Part shown: positions 1 to 9,242 of the stretch, piece after piece
Layout of the letters: each line of letters starts with the position of its first letter
How positions within the stretch are numbered: the first letter of the stretch is position 1
IMG/VR virus record: IMGVR_UViG_3300043411_002794
Location: 1-64,000 of that record
Source of the DNA: a virus
DNA: 64,000 bases
Reading direction: 5' to 3' (one strand)
Position numbers and translations under genes: made by a program
Notes under the pieces: generated by a model
The model's database searches: none
Told to the model about the DNA's origin: nothing
Seen by the model: the letters and a program-made list of their open reading frames with translations, nothing else

Positions 1-24
1 TAAACGTAGTAGTGCATCTGCCGC

Positions 25-498
25 CTAACTGTCAAAAACGGCCTGCAGGCGTTCCAGCGTGACCGTGTTCGTGGTCACCGGGAACGACCCGTGCTTCGGG
101 ATAGCGTACCACTCGATCTCGGCGGGCAGTGCTACGCCATCCTGCAGACCGGGAGGCAGACGGAGCAGCAGCTGATGACATTCCATCGAACGCAGTTGGG
201 GCTCGTATCGCTCCGGATCGAAGTCCGACAGCACGGCGGCATCGCCGGCGGCGGGCTCAGCATCCAGCTCGTTCAGCAGGTCGTAGCAGTAGTAGTCGAT
301 GAGCCCGCACCAGAAGTACGTTTCATAGACATCGGGCTCTGCTTGCTTCCACTTCCGCATACCCGCGATCAGGCGGGTCAGCTTGTCGAGCAGGGCCTGG
401 GTCACGGGCACAACGGCAACCCGCGACGGGCCCTCGGTGTCGTACTGCATGCTCGTGTCGAGCAGGAGATAGCGGACCTTCGTTGGTTGGTCGGTCAT
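25..498 (-). CDS. hypothetical protein (157 aa)
   Basis: Co-oriented ORF whose ATG overlaps the stop of 495..1538; normal globular composition. Confidence 0.7.
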   Translation of the reverse strand: MTDQPTKVRYLLLDTSMQYDTEGPSRVAVVPVTQALLDKLTRLIAGMRKWKQAEPDVYETYFWCGLIDYYCYDLLNELDAEPAAGDAAVLSDFDPERYEPQLRSMECHQLLLRLPPGLQDGVALPAEIEWYAIPKHGSFPVTTNTVTLERLQAVFDS

Positions 499-1538
499 TT
501 CTTCTTTGGCTTAATGAGTCGCGACGGGGTACTCGGCGGCGGCGGGAGATCCGGCCGCACGATCACGGGCGCCAAGAAGCGGACCTTCCGCTCCTGTCGT
601 CCCGGGCCGCACCAATAGGCATGGAAATGCCCGGTGCGGATGTGTTGGTGTCGCAGCTCGTACTGCTCGTCGGTCTCGCCCTCGATCCGCTCCGGCTTCT
701 GGGCCAGCACGTCGATAGCGTGGAACTTGCCGATCGTGAAGCCGCGGGAGCTGCGGCGACGGTCCGCCTTGTCTCCCAGCTTGGCGATCAGCTCCTGATC
801 GCCGTCGGTTAGAGCGGCCCGATACTTCTGCACGTCGTCGGACAGCACGTCACGGTTCACGAACTTGTATTCCCCGGTGGCAATGAACGCCACGGAGAGC
901 ACGAGCCGCAGCATGTCGCCGGTGGACTCGCACCAAGACTCGTCCGTCGGATCTCCGGGCCGCGAGAACGGCCTCACCGTACTGGATCGCTGGTGGTCGA
1001 TCGCATCTTCGACGGTCGCGCCGGGTCGCGTCTCCAGGATATGCGAGATGTTCAGCGTCACGGCCGAATCGACGCGGTTGCCCTCGTCGTTGAACATGTT
1101 GATCTGCAGGTAGAGCAACTTCTCCGTGCCATCCGCCATTGGATTCGCCGGCACGTTTCCTTCCGTGTGCCGTCGCAGCATGGCGCTACGCTCGGCGTCG
1201 GTCGAGAAGTACACGGAGATGGTCGCTGCCTTGCGGCCCAGCAAAATGATCGGATGCTCGACGGGCAACTGCAGCGTCCAGGCCGGGAACGGAAACCGCA
1301 ACGACGTCAGCGGGATGTTGTCCAGCCGCGTCTTGAGGAACATGTCCACGTACTCAGGCCAAACCTTGTAGTAGGTCCAGTTGCTCTCCGCCAGCGCTAG
1401 GCTGCTGTTGAGGATCATCACCATCGACATTCGCGCCACAGGCCCATCCTGGGCCGCCGGCATGAACGAAGTACGCCAGCCTTGGATGATCTCTCCCGGC
1501 TTACGCCCGAGGATCGGCACCGTGTTGTAGAACTGCAT
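495..1538 (-). CDS. phage protein with AcrVA2-like C-terminal motif
   Basis: C-terminal HIRTGHFHAYWCGPGRQERKVRFLAPVIV resembles the H-x-R-x-x-H-W/F...G...W/F-x-x-P motif of AcrVA2-family proteins; size (347 aa) similar. Confidence 0.5.
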   Translation of the reverse strand: MQFYNTVPILGRKPGEIIQGWRTSFMPAAQDGPVARMSMVMILNSSLALAESNWTYYKVWPEYVDMFLKTRLDNIPLTSLRFPFPAWTLQLPVEHPIILLGRKAATISVYFSTDAERSAMLRRHTEGNVPANPMADGTEKLLYLQINMFNDEGNRVDSAVTLNISHILETRPGATVEDAIDHQRSSTVRPFSRPGDPTDESWCESTGDMLRLVLSVAFIATGEYKFVNRDVLSDDVQKYRAALTDGDQELIAKLGDKADRRRSSRGFTIGKFHAIDVLAQKPERIEGETDEQYELRHQHIRTGHFHAYWCGPGRQERKVRFLAPVIVRPDLPPPPSTPSRLIKPKKK

Positions 1539-1577
1539 CAGGGTTTCCTTGTCGCCGGCAGCGGATCAGGTACGTCG

Positions 1578-1862
1578 TTAGTCGACTGGGTCATCAGACA
1601 GATCTCCGTTACCGGGAAACTCTACCGAGGGTAATTCAACGGCGTTCAAGAAGTATCGCAGCTTGGCCGCGTCTTCCGGGGAGATGAGCACACGGACGGA
1701 GATGTGCGCACTATCGTTCTCCCGGCTGCCTTTGAAAGACAGATAGACACCAGCATAGCCATCCATCCGCCCTTCCGTGATCTCCGCCGAGCCCCACTCA
1801 TCCAACCGGGCTACGTAGATGGAATCGCGGTACACGATTTTGGACTTCTCTTCGTCGGCCAT
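1578..1862 (-). CDS. hypothetical protein (94 aa)
   Basis: Start reassigned to MADEEKSKIV (ATG 1862), just after the stop of 1867..2418. Confidence 0.65.
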   Translation of the reverse strand: MADEEKSKIVYRDSIYVARLDEWGSAEITEGRMDGYAGVYLSFKGSRENDSAHISVRVLISPEDAAKLRYFLNAVELPSVEFPGNGDLSDDPVD

Positions 1863-1866
1863 GCGG

Positions 1867-2418
1867 TTATTCCTCGTCGAATTCTTCGTCATCGTCCTCG
1901 AAGTCGTCGTCCTCATCATCATGATCACCGACGACATTCCCGGAGCGGTCGAAGATGACGTCGGGCTGCTCGGTGCCGTCCTCGTTTCTCCACCGCAAGA
2001 CATGCGTAGTCATCTTCCAGCCGTCGTCCATGAAGGCCTGAATCGTCTCGATGCAGGTGGCCTTGTTGACGACAATCGGGTCATGGGGTGCCATACCCGG
2101 ATGCCGTTCGACCATGTCGGCATTGATCTCGTTGCGTTCCCGTTGCCACTTGGCCAGATCCAGCTCAAGTAGGCTCACGTGCAGATACGGTTCCTCGTCG
2201 TCCGGATCATCGACGCTAGCGACTTCTTTGACCCTAAACCCGTCGGGTCGCAGCATAACGGCACTGTCGCCGAGATCGACGTGCGCCTGTCCGACCATCG
2301 GCATGCCGGGCCAATTGAACCACTTCTCCAGCAAGAAATGCCCGTAAGAGCCGTCGTCGGCGTTGTAGACGACCTCCAGGAATAGGCAGCAGCGCGTGCA
2401 GGCAAACACAGTTCGCAT
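1867..2418 (-). CDS. hypothetical protein with N-terminal CxxC and acidic tail
   Basis: CTRC near N terminus; tail DDEDDDFEDDDEEFDEE. Confidence 0.7.
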   Translation of the reverse strand: MRTVFACTRCCLFLEVVYNADDGSYGHFLLEKWFNWPGMPMVGQAHVDLGDSAVMLRPDGFRVKEVASVDDPDDEEPYLHVSLLELDLAKWQRERNEINADMVERHPGMAPHDPIVVNKATCIETIQAFMDDGWKMTTHVLRWRNEDGTEQPDVIFDRSGNVVGDHDDEDDDFEDDDEEFDEE

Positions 2419-2449
2419 AGGTTACTGTTCCAGTTAAATGTTAAGGCTG

Positions 2450-2617
2450 TTAGTCCTCGTCGCGGTCCGCGAGCTCGACGACGACCAACGAATGTAACGT
2501 CGGATTTTGCCGCCGCAGCTCAGTGAGCTTTTTGCCGAGGCCCGGCTTTCTCAGGTTCTCGGCAACAAAGGCCCGAGCCTGCTGGATCAACTGCATGGGC
2601 GTAATGGGTTCGTTCAT
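2450..2617 (-). CDS. small hypothetical protein (55 aa)
   Basis: MNEPITPMQL start with AGGAG upstream; overlaps the stop of 2617..3444. Confidence 0.6.
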   Translation of the reverse strand: MNEPITPMQLIQQARAFVAENLRKPGLGKKLTELRRQNPTLHSLVVVELADRDED

Positions 2618-3444
2618 CATTCTCCTGCTTGTAAATCGATATTGCGCCGCGGGATCTCCGCCGGCGCGCCTCGTCTGCGTCGCAGCGGGGCGATCTCCGC
2701 CACTTCGAGCAGTCGCTGCATGATCTGCAGCATGCCCTGCGGCTTCCGGCTGACCCAACCGATCGTATAGTCGGCGATCATCGGGTCATTGTTCTGCTCG
2801 TCCTCGTACGACGACACGCGCACGTAGACGAACCCGTGCTTCCCGGGCTCCGGCGGATCAAACGAGATCTCCGGATCGTAGCCCAGTTCGGCAGCCTTGA
2901 GATAGCACTGCACCAGATGCTCATCATTCGCGGTCAGGCCGATATGCAGGTCCAGCAGCTCGTGCCTTGTCCGACGAACCGGGCCACGCGCAGGGGCCGT
3001 CTCAACGGCGACCCGGACAGCCTCGTGCGAGATCTCCGTCAGGATGTTGTAGACGTCGTTCAAGCGAGCTGCTGCCCGCTTACTGGCATCAGGCACCGGA
3101 TTACCGAGCGGGATCGCGTTCTTGTGTACCCGCAGCGTCTTCCGCAGATATGCCACGGCCGTCTGGGCGTAGCCGATCCCTTGCATCGCCCGGTTGATGT
3201 AGAACAGGAACTGGGCTTCGATCGGCAGGCTGCGGAACAGCGTGCGGGTGCGTCGCTGCAGGGTCGTCAACGGCTCGTGGAAGTCCACGTCGTTAAGTGG
3301 GCCGCGACTCTCCTCATGCGTTGTGCACTGGAACGGAGCCGGTGGTTCGTAGTCCGGCTCGACGACGCGAGCCATTTTGACCATCAACGCCAGCTGCAGC
3401 ATGTCGACGGGATCGGACGGCCAGGGATGTCGGTTGATCGACAT
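2617..3444 (-). CDS. hypothetical protein (275 aa)
   Basis: Long co-oriented ORF coupled to neighbours. Confidence 0.7.
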   Translation of the reverse strand: MSINRHPWPSDPVDMLQLALMVKMARVVEPDYEPPAPFQCTTHEESRGPLNDVDFHEPLTTLQRRTRTLFRSLPIEAQFLFYINRAMQGIGYAQTAVAYLRKTLRVHKNAIPLGNPVPDASKRAAARLNDVYNILTEISHEAVRVAVETAPARGPVRRTRHELLDLHIGLTANDEHLVQCYLKAAELGYDPEISFDPPEPGKHGFVYVRVSSYEDEQNNDPMIADYTIGWVSRKPQGMLQIMQRLLEVAEIAPLRRRRGAPAEIPRRNIDLQAGE

Positions 3445-4028
3445 TAGTCGGCGAGCTCCACGATCGGGTCTTCTTCAAACGGCACCCACGCGCCGATCTT
3501 CGCCATGATCCAGTTGAGATCTCGCCCGGTGTGCTTGATCACTTCGTTGAAGCGGACCTTCTGCTTCTCTTGATCGGCGGCGTACGCTGCCAGGGCGTCC
3601 TTCGCCGCCTCGTTGTCCTTGGTGATGTTCTGCGTCTCTTTCAACGCTTTGATGTCGAACATGTCGAACGGCAGCGTCTCACGGTAGTACGTGCGGGACG
3701 GCTCGCGCGTGGTGACCTCGATGTAATACGGCTCGGTGATCAGGCCCTGCGAAGCCTTCTTCACGAACTCCAGCAACGCTTCCTTGCTGTCCCAGGTCTC
3801 GAACCCGAACCAGCAGCCGCGGATGTCGGTGAAGTCCTTCAGATAGAAGTACTTCTGCGACTTGCTTACGATCATCGCCAGCGTTTCCGGGATCTCGCCC
3901 ACGAAGGGTCGCTTGATGCCAATCGACGACGAGTACGTTTCACTGGGCCTGTGCTCGGCGGCCAGCGTGAAGCCGTCATCCTTGATCAGCGTCACGGGGT
4001 CCAGACGGTAGATACGTTTCCGTGCCAT
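3444..4028 (-). CDS. hypothetical protein (~194 aa)
   Basis: Likely start MARKRIY (ATG 4028) with GGAG upstream, downstream of a predicted promoter. Confidence 0.7.
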   Translation of the reverse strand: MARKRIYRLDPVTLIKDDGFTLAAEHRPSETYSSSIGIKRPFVGEIPETLAMIVSKSQKYFYLKDFTDIRGCWFGFETWDSKEALLEFVKKASQGLITEPYYIEVTTREPSRTYYRETLPFDMFDIKALKETQNITKDNEAAKDALAAYAADQEKQKVRFNEVIKHTGRDLNWIMAKIGAWVPFEEDPIVELAD

Positions 4029-4065
4029 GTGGGGCTCCTGAGGAGAAGAGATGCGACGGGTGTTA

Positions 4066-4094
4066 AATATCCCGCCAAGCCTTGGAAGTGGCAA
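4066..4094 (-). promoter_or_regulatory. sigma70-like promoter
   Basis: Minus strand TTGCCA-N17-GATATT between a terminator and the 4028 start. Confidence 0.45.
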
Positions 4095-4123
4095 GCAGCC
4101 AGCTGCCGACTGCGTACTAGCGC

Positions 4124-4157
4124 AAAAAGAGCGGCGAGCCTGATGCGGGCCCGCCGC
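4124..4157 (-). terminator. Rho-independent terminator
   Basis: GCGGCGGGCC-cgcatca-GGCTCGCCGC stem followed by TCTTTTT on the minus strand. Confidence 0.75.
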
Positions 4158-4186
4158 CTGTATTCAATCGTGAAATAGAATACCGA

Positions 4187-4495
4187 TTAGTACGTCCAGT
4201 ACGCCGTATAGGGCGAGCCCCACGACGGCATCTCCGGCGGATTGATCGGCATCGGGTCGGGCGGAGCCGAACCCGGATTGAACGACGGACTCGAGCTGTA
4301 GTAGCCGATTCCGTTGACGTTGGCCACGAGATCGACACGGACTTCCGTGTTTTCGGGCACGTCGATTTCATACTGACTCATGGGACCGACCCCGTCCTGC
4401 GCGAACTGGAAGTTGTTGTTGAAGTAGACCTCCAACCGCAACGAACCTTGATCGCCCCAACTGTTGATCGGAATCACCACATGTGCGGACGGCAT
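4187..4495 (-). CDS. small beta-rich protein, possibly virion-associated
   Basis: ATG 4495 with AGGAGG 5 nt upstream; alternating beta-strand pattern with Pro-rich tail; function inferred only. Confidence 0.6.
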   Translation of the reverse strand: MPSAHVVIPINSWGDQGSLRLEVYFNNNFQFAQDGVGPMSQYEIDVPENTEVRVDLVANVNGIGYYSSSPSFNPGSAPPDPMPINPPEMPSWGSPYTAYWTY

Positions 4496-4520
4496 AGGCA
4501 CCTCCTGTGCTAACGTACCT

Positions 4521-4536
4521 GGGTTTCTAATTACCT
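4521..4536 (-). repeat. dispersed 14-16 bp motif, copy 1 (AGGTAATTAGAAACCC)
   Basis: Exact match seen in the intergenic gap after the giant ORF. Confidence 0.9.
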
Positions 4537-4545
4537 GACCAAGGC

Positions 4546-7500
4546 CTACACAGTACCAGAAGGCCCCGGATCGATCATCTTCATTATGCTTTCGGACGCA
4601 CGCGGGATCGCTGCCCGCACCAGACCCATCCCGGCACCCATGCCCGCGGCCTGCACCCGCTCGCGGTCGATCGTCTTCTGGGGCAGCTCGCGGCCGTAGT
4701 ACGTGTCGAGCAGATGCCGCATCACTTCGTTCATGGCCAGGCCGCCGACGGCGCCGATGGCCGGCTGCACGATGAAGGGAGCAGCAGGGTGCGTGACGAG
4801 CTCGTGGAGCCCGGCTTCCTTTCCGATGGTGCGGCGAACAGTTTCTCCCACATAATCCGGCATCATGTCAGCAATGACTTTGCTGGCGCTGAGTTGGCCG
4901 GCAACATGTGGAAGTTGGTGCAAAATCGGAGACAGCCATGTCCCGTTACGACGCATTTGCGGGGCATAGTTCCAGTTGCCGAAAAAGCGACCGAGTTCCA
5001 GCGCTTTACCCAATGTCGAGTGCGCCCCTGCAAGATGCGCTGCTGTTTCATCCAACAACGGTTCTGCTGTCCTCGCGATAAACGAACGACTCCGCCTTGC
5101 CTTAGATGCGAGTCTGGCCACGAGTGGAAGGCCGGCAGGATCGGCATTGTTAATAAGCCCGTGCATTACTTCATGCCGCCGCGTATTGATCGCCGAAAGG
5201 CTTGGCGGCGTACGAACAACACCAAGACCCATACCCGGATAATACGTACCGTCGGATTGGCTTCCCTTCATCGCATAATCCACGTCAGAAGAACGTACCG
5301 ACGTGCGACCACCAACAGCCCGTAGGTTAAACCCGCTCGGCGTATCCGGGTTGCCGATCTTGCTCGGCCGTACCATCGTGAACGTGCGGCGACCAGCAAG
5401 CATCTTCGGGATACTGGCAGCTTCCTTTTCGGACTCGTCTGCCCCGGCCGGCACGCCTGCCAAGGTCTTGGCGGCCTGTAGGCTGCGCGTTCCCACCGCG
5501 CGCAGGGCATTACCGAAGCCCGCTTCCTTGTCCTGCTCGCCGTCGGCGATTATCGCACCGCCTTCGCACCGTGCGATTTTTTTAGCTGTCAGAGCTCCGG
5601 TACCCGAGACGTCCATCCCCAGGGCTTCAAGCAAGTTCTGGACCTGCGGCTGAGACAGAAAGTCAGGGCTCAGCGGTACTTGCGGCTCTTTCTTCCACCG
5701 CGGCAGGGGCTCGACGCCCGCCTGCTTGGTTGCCTTTTCCTCATCCTGTCGTGTCGTTTTCGGTTTTTTGGACTGTAGTCCGCGATAAAGTCCATACCCG
5801 CCCAGCGATGTCGCCGCGCCGCCGAGCCCCAGCTTGGCGACAAGCACAGCAAGCTCCCGTTGCGACGGTTGCGACGGTTGCGACGGTTGCGACGGTTGCG
5901 ACGTCGCAGACTGTCCGCTGCGAATAACTTGCGGACTAGCCGGCGTACGGCGGGGGGCGGCGATGCGCCGCACCGTCGGCACCACTTTCTTGACAGCCGC
6001 CACGGCAGGGGCAACCGCATCTGCGGTCGGCAGCAATTTCGCCGGGTTGTAAAACGCGTGATCGAAGACAACTCCGCGACCGCCATCATTGCTGGGCGGC
6101 ATCATCCCGTGCATAAAACTTCGCAGCAGGTTCTGATTTTGCGTGTAAGAGGCTTCAGTGGGATAAGCAGCACGCTCCGCATCATTCAGCGCAAAATCCC
6201 ACAAATCCGTCAACCGCTCTTTGCCGTACGGCGTGATCTTGTGGCCGTAGCCTCCCCCCAACAATGCCGCATAATCACCCTTCAAAAAATCAAGCGACCC
6301 GCGAGGCTCCACCGTCCGATAATTCCCAGACGGTACGCCTTGCCCCTTGGCGGCTGTGAACCACTGTTCCCCGACATCCTTAAAATAAGATTTCGCGTCA
6401 TCCACCGGCAGCCCAAATGAACGACGCAGCAGCTCACGACGCATGTCGGTTGTGTCGGCCTCATACCAGCCGTGCGTCGTCGACTTAGCGCCCGGGCTTG
6501 AATTCAACGCACTCTGTAGCACCTTCTCTGCATCGTACCCAAACGGGTCTACCCGATCGATTACGTGCTCAAGTGCCTTGTCGGCGTACGGGAAATGTCG
6601 TGCAATTCTGCCGGCCGTTTCAGCGATATCCGGACCGTATTGCGTACTGAGCACGGCGTCGGCCCCCATGGTGGCGAGCAGCCCTTGATGGGCAGTACGC
6701 ACGACATTACCTGCCAACTGGCGCGTGCGATCTAATACCCGTGGCGGCCGAACCGCGCCCGTCGGCAGTTGTGGTCGATGTAGCCCCGGGATGCGCGGAG
6801 CTACCAAGAACTTAGCGGCCCTCCCCGCTGCAATTTCCATGGCATTCGGGGGCTTTGCTGTCGGTTTGAGCTTGCTCGCCAACGACCGCAACTGCAGCTT
6901 GAAACCAGCCTGCTTCGTGACCGAGTGCTCGGCCGCCGTGTCCGGCGAATCGGACTTGGCTTCCATCATTTGGTAGATGCTCTGGGGCATCAGCCCCAGC
7001 GTGGCCGGCCAATCGATCGCTCCGGCCTTCTTCTCGGTCTTCTGGCACTCGTGGCACAGCTCGGCCCGCTTCTCCCGGATCAGCTTCCCGCCGTGGCATC
7101 GGCAACCTTCGATGCGATGGCCGCAGGATCCCAGCACGCAGCCGTGTCCCATTGTGAGACCGTCCATCTGGTCGTCGGTCAGCGGACCGTTGTACGACTC
7201 CCAGAGGGAGCGATCATTTGCCATTTTTTCCGTCTTCGGTTTTTCTGGTCGTAACCAGCGATAGAGTCCGTAACCACCGGCCGCGGCCGCTGCACCACCA
7301 AGCCCCCACTTTGCTGCAGTCGGCATGTCAGCCCAAAACTGCGACATACGAGACACTCCGGACGACGCTGGCGGTGAAACAACTGGCGGTGAAGCGGCGG
7401 TCGGCGTCGCAGCCGCGGCATCGCTAGTTGCTGGTACAGTCTGCGTCGCTACAGCCGCAGACGGCGGCAAATTACGCGGCGCACCGCGCTGATTCAACAA

Positions 7501-9099
7501 ATACGCACCCGTACCTGCGGCAGCCGCAGCACCGCCAAGCACAACTGGTTTAAGTTTATTCGACGCATTCGTGACGTCGATTACGGCATCACGCACGGGC
7601 GAAAGTACCGCAGCCGGCGTCGCCCCGCCCGCCGGTTTACCAGGATAATATGCCGGGCTCGGCGTACGTAATGCTTCCTGCATCGCGAGACGGCCGCGCG
7701 TAGTAGAAAGCCACATACGGTTTGCAACAGCTTGCCCGCCAGGCAGCTGACTTAATTCACTAACAATCGGCGTAAAATGCTGGGATTGTGCGCCGGTACT
7801 CCGTGCGCGACCACGCAAGGCGTCCTCAATCACAGCCAGATCGCTGCTTGGTTGAATTCCGGCCCGTGCATTTCGCCATGTTTGTGCCAAAAAACTACGC
7901 GTAGCCGGAGCCGTTTTCGGTACAAGCGTGCCGAACAAGTTGAATTTACCGGCCTGCTTGAATAGCGACCCCGGCACCTGGTTGGCCGGCATGTGGATCC
8001 GGAAGTTGGTCGGGATGTGCGTTAGGCCCGCAAACCGACCTAGTTCGGAATCCACCCGGAACGCATCCGGAGTTTCTGCCAACAAGGCCTGCAGGATCCC
8101 GTGCTTGGCCGGATACTGCTTACGATCAGAGTGCTCCTTGGCCCGGAGCAACCTCGCGAGCGCGCTCTCCCCTTCATTCGGGATAGCCGCTCCGCTCTTT
8201 GCCGCTCCGCCCAATGCATTGTTGCGGGTGCCGAACGCAGCGTTCCCGTTGACGGTCCCCGGGGCGCCGAGACCGCTGTAGCTGGTGATCGGGTGAATGC
8301 TCGGGCTGTTACCCGGTCCCACAGACGTCCCGGTTCCCGGCTGGTCGCCGGTGGCGCCTGACTGGAAACCAATGGCCTGCTGGGCGCCGTCCGTTTGGTG
8401 GAAGCCTGGGGGCGGAGCGTCGGTCTTGGTCTTCTTTGCCAGCTCGGCTGCCTCTTCCGCCTGACGGGCCTGCAATGCGTGCAGGGCGGCCGCTGTGGGC
8501 GTTCGGAGGTGTCCCATGTGTGGAATGACCAGTTTCGCCTGGAGCGTCGTAACCGGCACAGGAGCCGCGGCACGCTTGGAAGCCGCATCCGCGAAGAATG
8601 ACCGGACCGGCCCGAAACGGCCATTATTCCTGGCCCCGAACTCTGCATTAACCCTGGCCAGATAAGGACTTACGCCCTCCAAATCCTCGTACTCATTGGC
8701 CGAAGATTTGGTTTCCAAGTCCACCATGCTTAACAAGCTTACCGGAATATGGTCCGCCTGGGCCGCTTTTGGCCGCATTTGGCAGGCATCCGCCTGGCTG
8801 GCCAGAGCTAGAAACCGGCTGAAGGGGCCGTCCGTGAGCCCTGCCAGAGCCATTTTGGTCCGGGCTAAGCCGTCCTGCAGACAGACAATCGGGGTTTGAC
8901 CCTCCGAAACCTCGCGATCAACGGCGCGGAGGCTGGGCAACTTATGGGCGAGTTCGATCGCCTCATTGAGGTTGGCCTGCTTGTGCTGCACGTGCTCAGG
9001 CAGGTGCTTGAGGTCCTTCGTATGCTCGGCCCAGCGGTGAGCCATCGCAGGGTGGTTCGCAAACATAAATTTGCGCTGGGCCTGAGACTTGAATGGCAT
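4546..9099 (-). CDS. giant modular protein (~1517 aa), putative virion polyprotein with K-x-A junctions
   Basis: Likely start MPFKSQAQRKFMFANHP (ATG 9099, AGGAGG upstream); recurrent KQAG/KEAG/KKAG; Gly/Ala hydrophobic segments, a Cys cluster and an HEVMH motif. Confidence 0.75.
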   Translation of the reverse strand: MPFKSQAQRKFMFANHPAMAHRWAEHTKDLKHLPEHVQHKQANLNEAIELAHKLPSLRAVDREVSEGQTPIVCLQDGLARTKMALAGLTDGPFSRFLALASQADACQMRPKAAQADHIPVSLLSMVDLETKSSANEYEDLEGVSPYLARVNAEFGARNNGRFGPVRSFFADAASKRAAAPVPVTTLQAKLVIPHMGHLRTPTAAALHALQARQAEEAAELAKKTKTDAPPPGFHQTDGAQQAIGFQSGATGDQPGTGTSVGPGNSPSIHPITSYSGLGAPGTVNGNAAFGTRNNALGGAAKSGAAIPNEGESALARLLRAKEHSDRKQYPAKHGILQALLAETPDAFRVDSELGRFAGLTHIPTNFRIHMPANQVPGSLFKQAGKFNLFGTLVPKTAPATRSFLAQTWRNARAGIQPSSDLAVIEDALRGRARSTGAQSQHFTPIVSELSQLPGGQAVANRMWLSTTRGRLAMQEALRTPSPAYYPGKPAGGATPAAVLSPVRDAVIDVTNASNKLKPVVLGGAAAAAGTGAYLLNQRGAPRNLPPSAAVATQTVPATSDAAAATPTAASPPVVSPPASSGVSRMSQFWADMPTAAKWGLGGAAAAAGGYGLYRWLRPEKPKTEKMANDRSLWESYNGPLTDDQMDGLTMGHGCVLGSCGHRIEGCRCHGGKLIREKRAELCHECQKTEKKAGAIDWPATLGLMPQSIYQMMEAKSDSPDTAAEHSVTKQAGFKLQLRSLASKLKPTAKPPNAMEIAAGRAAKFLVAPRIPGLHRPQLPTGAVRPPRVLDRTRQLAGNVVRTAHQGLLATMGADAVLSTQYGPDIAETAGRIARHFPYADKALEHVIDRVDPFGYDAEKVLQSALNSSPGAKSTTHGWYEADTTDMRRELLRRSFGLPVDDAKSYFKDVGEQWFTAAKGQGVPSGNYRTVEPRGSLDFLKGDYAALLGGGYGHKITPYGKERLTDLWDFALNDAERAAYPTEASYTQNQNLLRSFMHGMMPPSNDGGRGVVFDHAFYNPAKLLPTADAVAPAVAAVKKVVPTVRRIAAPRRTPASPQVIRSGQSATSQPSQPSQPSQPSQRELAVLVAKLGLGGAATSLGGYGLYRGLQSKKPKTTRQDEEKATKQAGVEPLPRWKKEPQVPLSPDFLSQPQVQNLLEALGMDVSGTGALTAKKIARCEGGAIIADGEQDKEAGFGNALRAVGTRSLQAAKTLAGVPAGADESEKEAASIPKMLAGRRTFTMVRPSKIGNPDTPSGFNLRAVGGRTSVRSSDVDYAMKGSQSDGTYYPGMGLGVVRTPPSLSAINTRRHEVMHGLINNADPAGLPLVARLASKARRSRSFIARTAEPLLDETAAHLAGAHSTLGKALELGRFFGNWNYAPQMRRNGTWLSPILHQLPHVAGQLSASKVIADMMPDYVGETVRRTIGKEAGLHELVTHPAAPFIVQPAIGAVGGLAMNEVMRHLLDTYYGRELPQKTIDRERVQAAGMGAGMGLVRAAIPRASESIMKMIDPGPSGTV
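5859..5903. repeat. tandem 9-bp repeat (GTTGCGACG x5) encoding an SQP linker
   Basis: Five perfect copies, in frame within the giant ORF. Confidence 0.9.
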
Positions 9100-9242
9100 G
9101 GCACGAGCCTCCTGCTCGCTGTGCATCGGGGCCGCGTAGGCGCCGATCTGAAAGAGAACGCAGACTGCTGCTAGGCAGCCCAAGGATACACGATAGGCTT
9201 GGTGGAACACTACGGAAACTCCTCAACAAACGGGGCTGGATC

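Noticed and set aside
5859-5903. 9-bp tandem repeat as a mini-array or regulatory repeat
   Set aside because: In frame, encodes an SQP linker and has no spacers
9100-9210. Signal-peptide-like N-terminal extension of the giant ORF in the track
   Set aside because: A strong AGGAGG precedes ATG 9099 and MPFKSQAQRKF is a typical phage N terminus; the extension is probably divergent intergenic DNA
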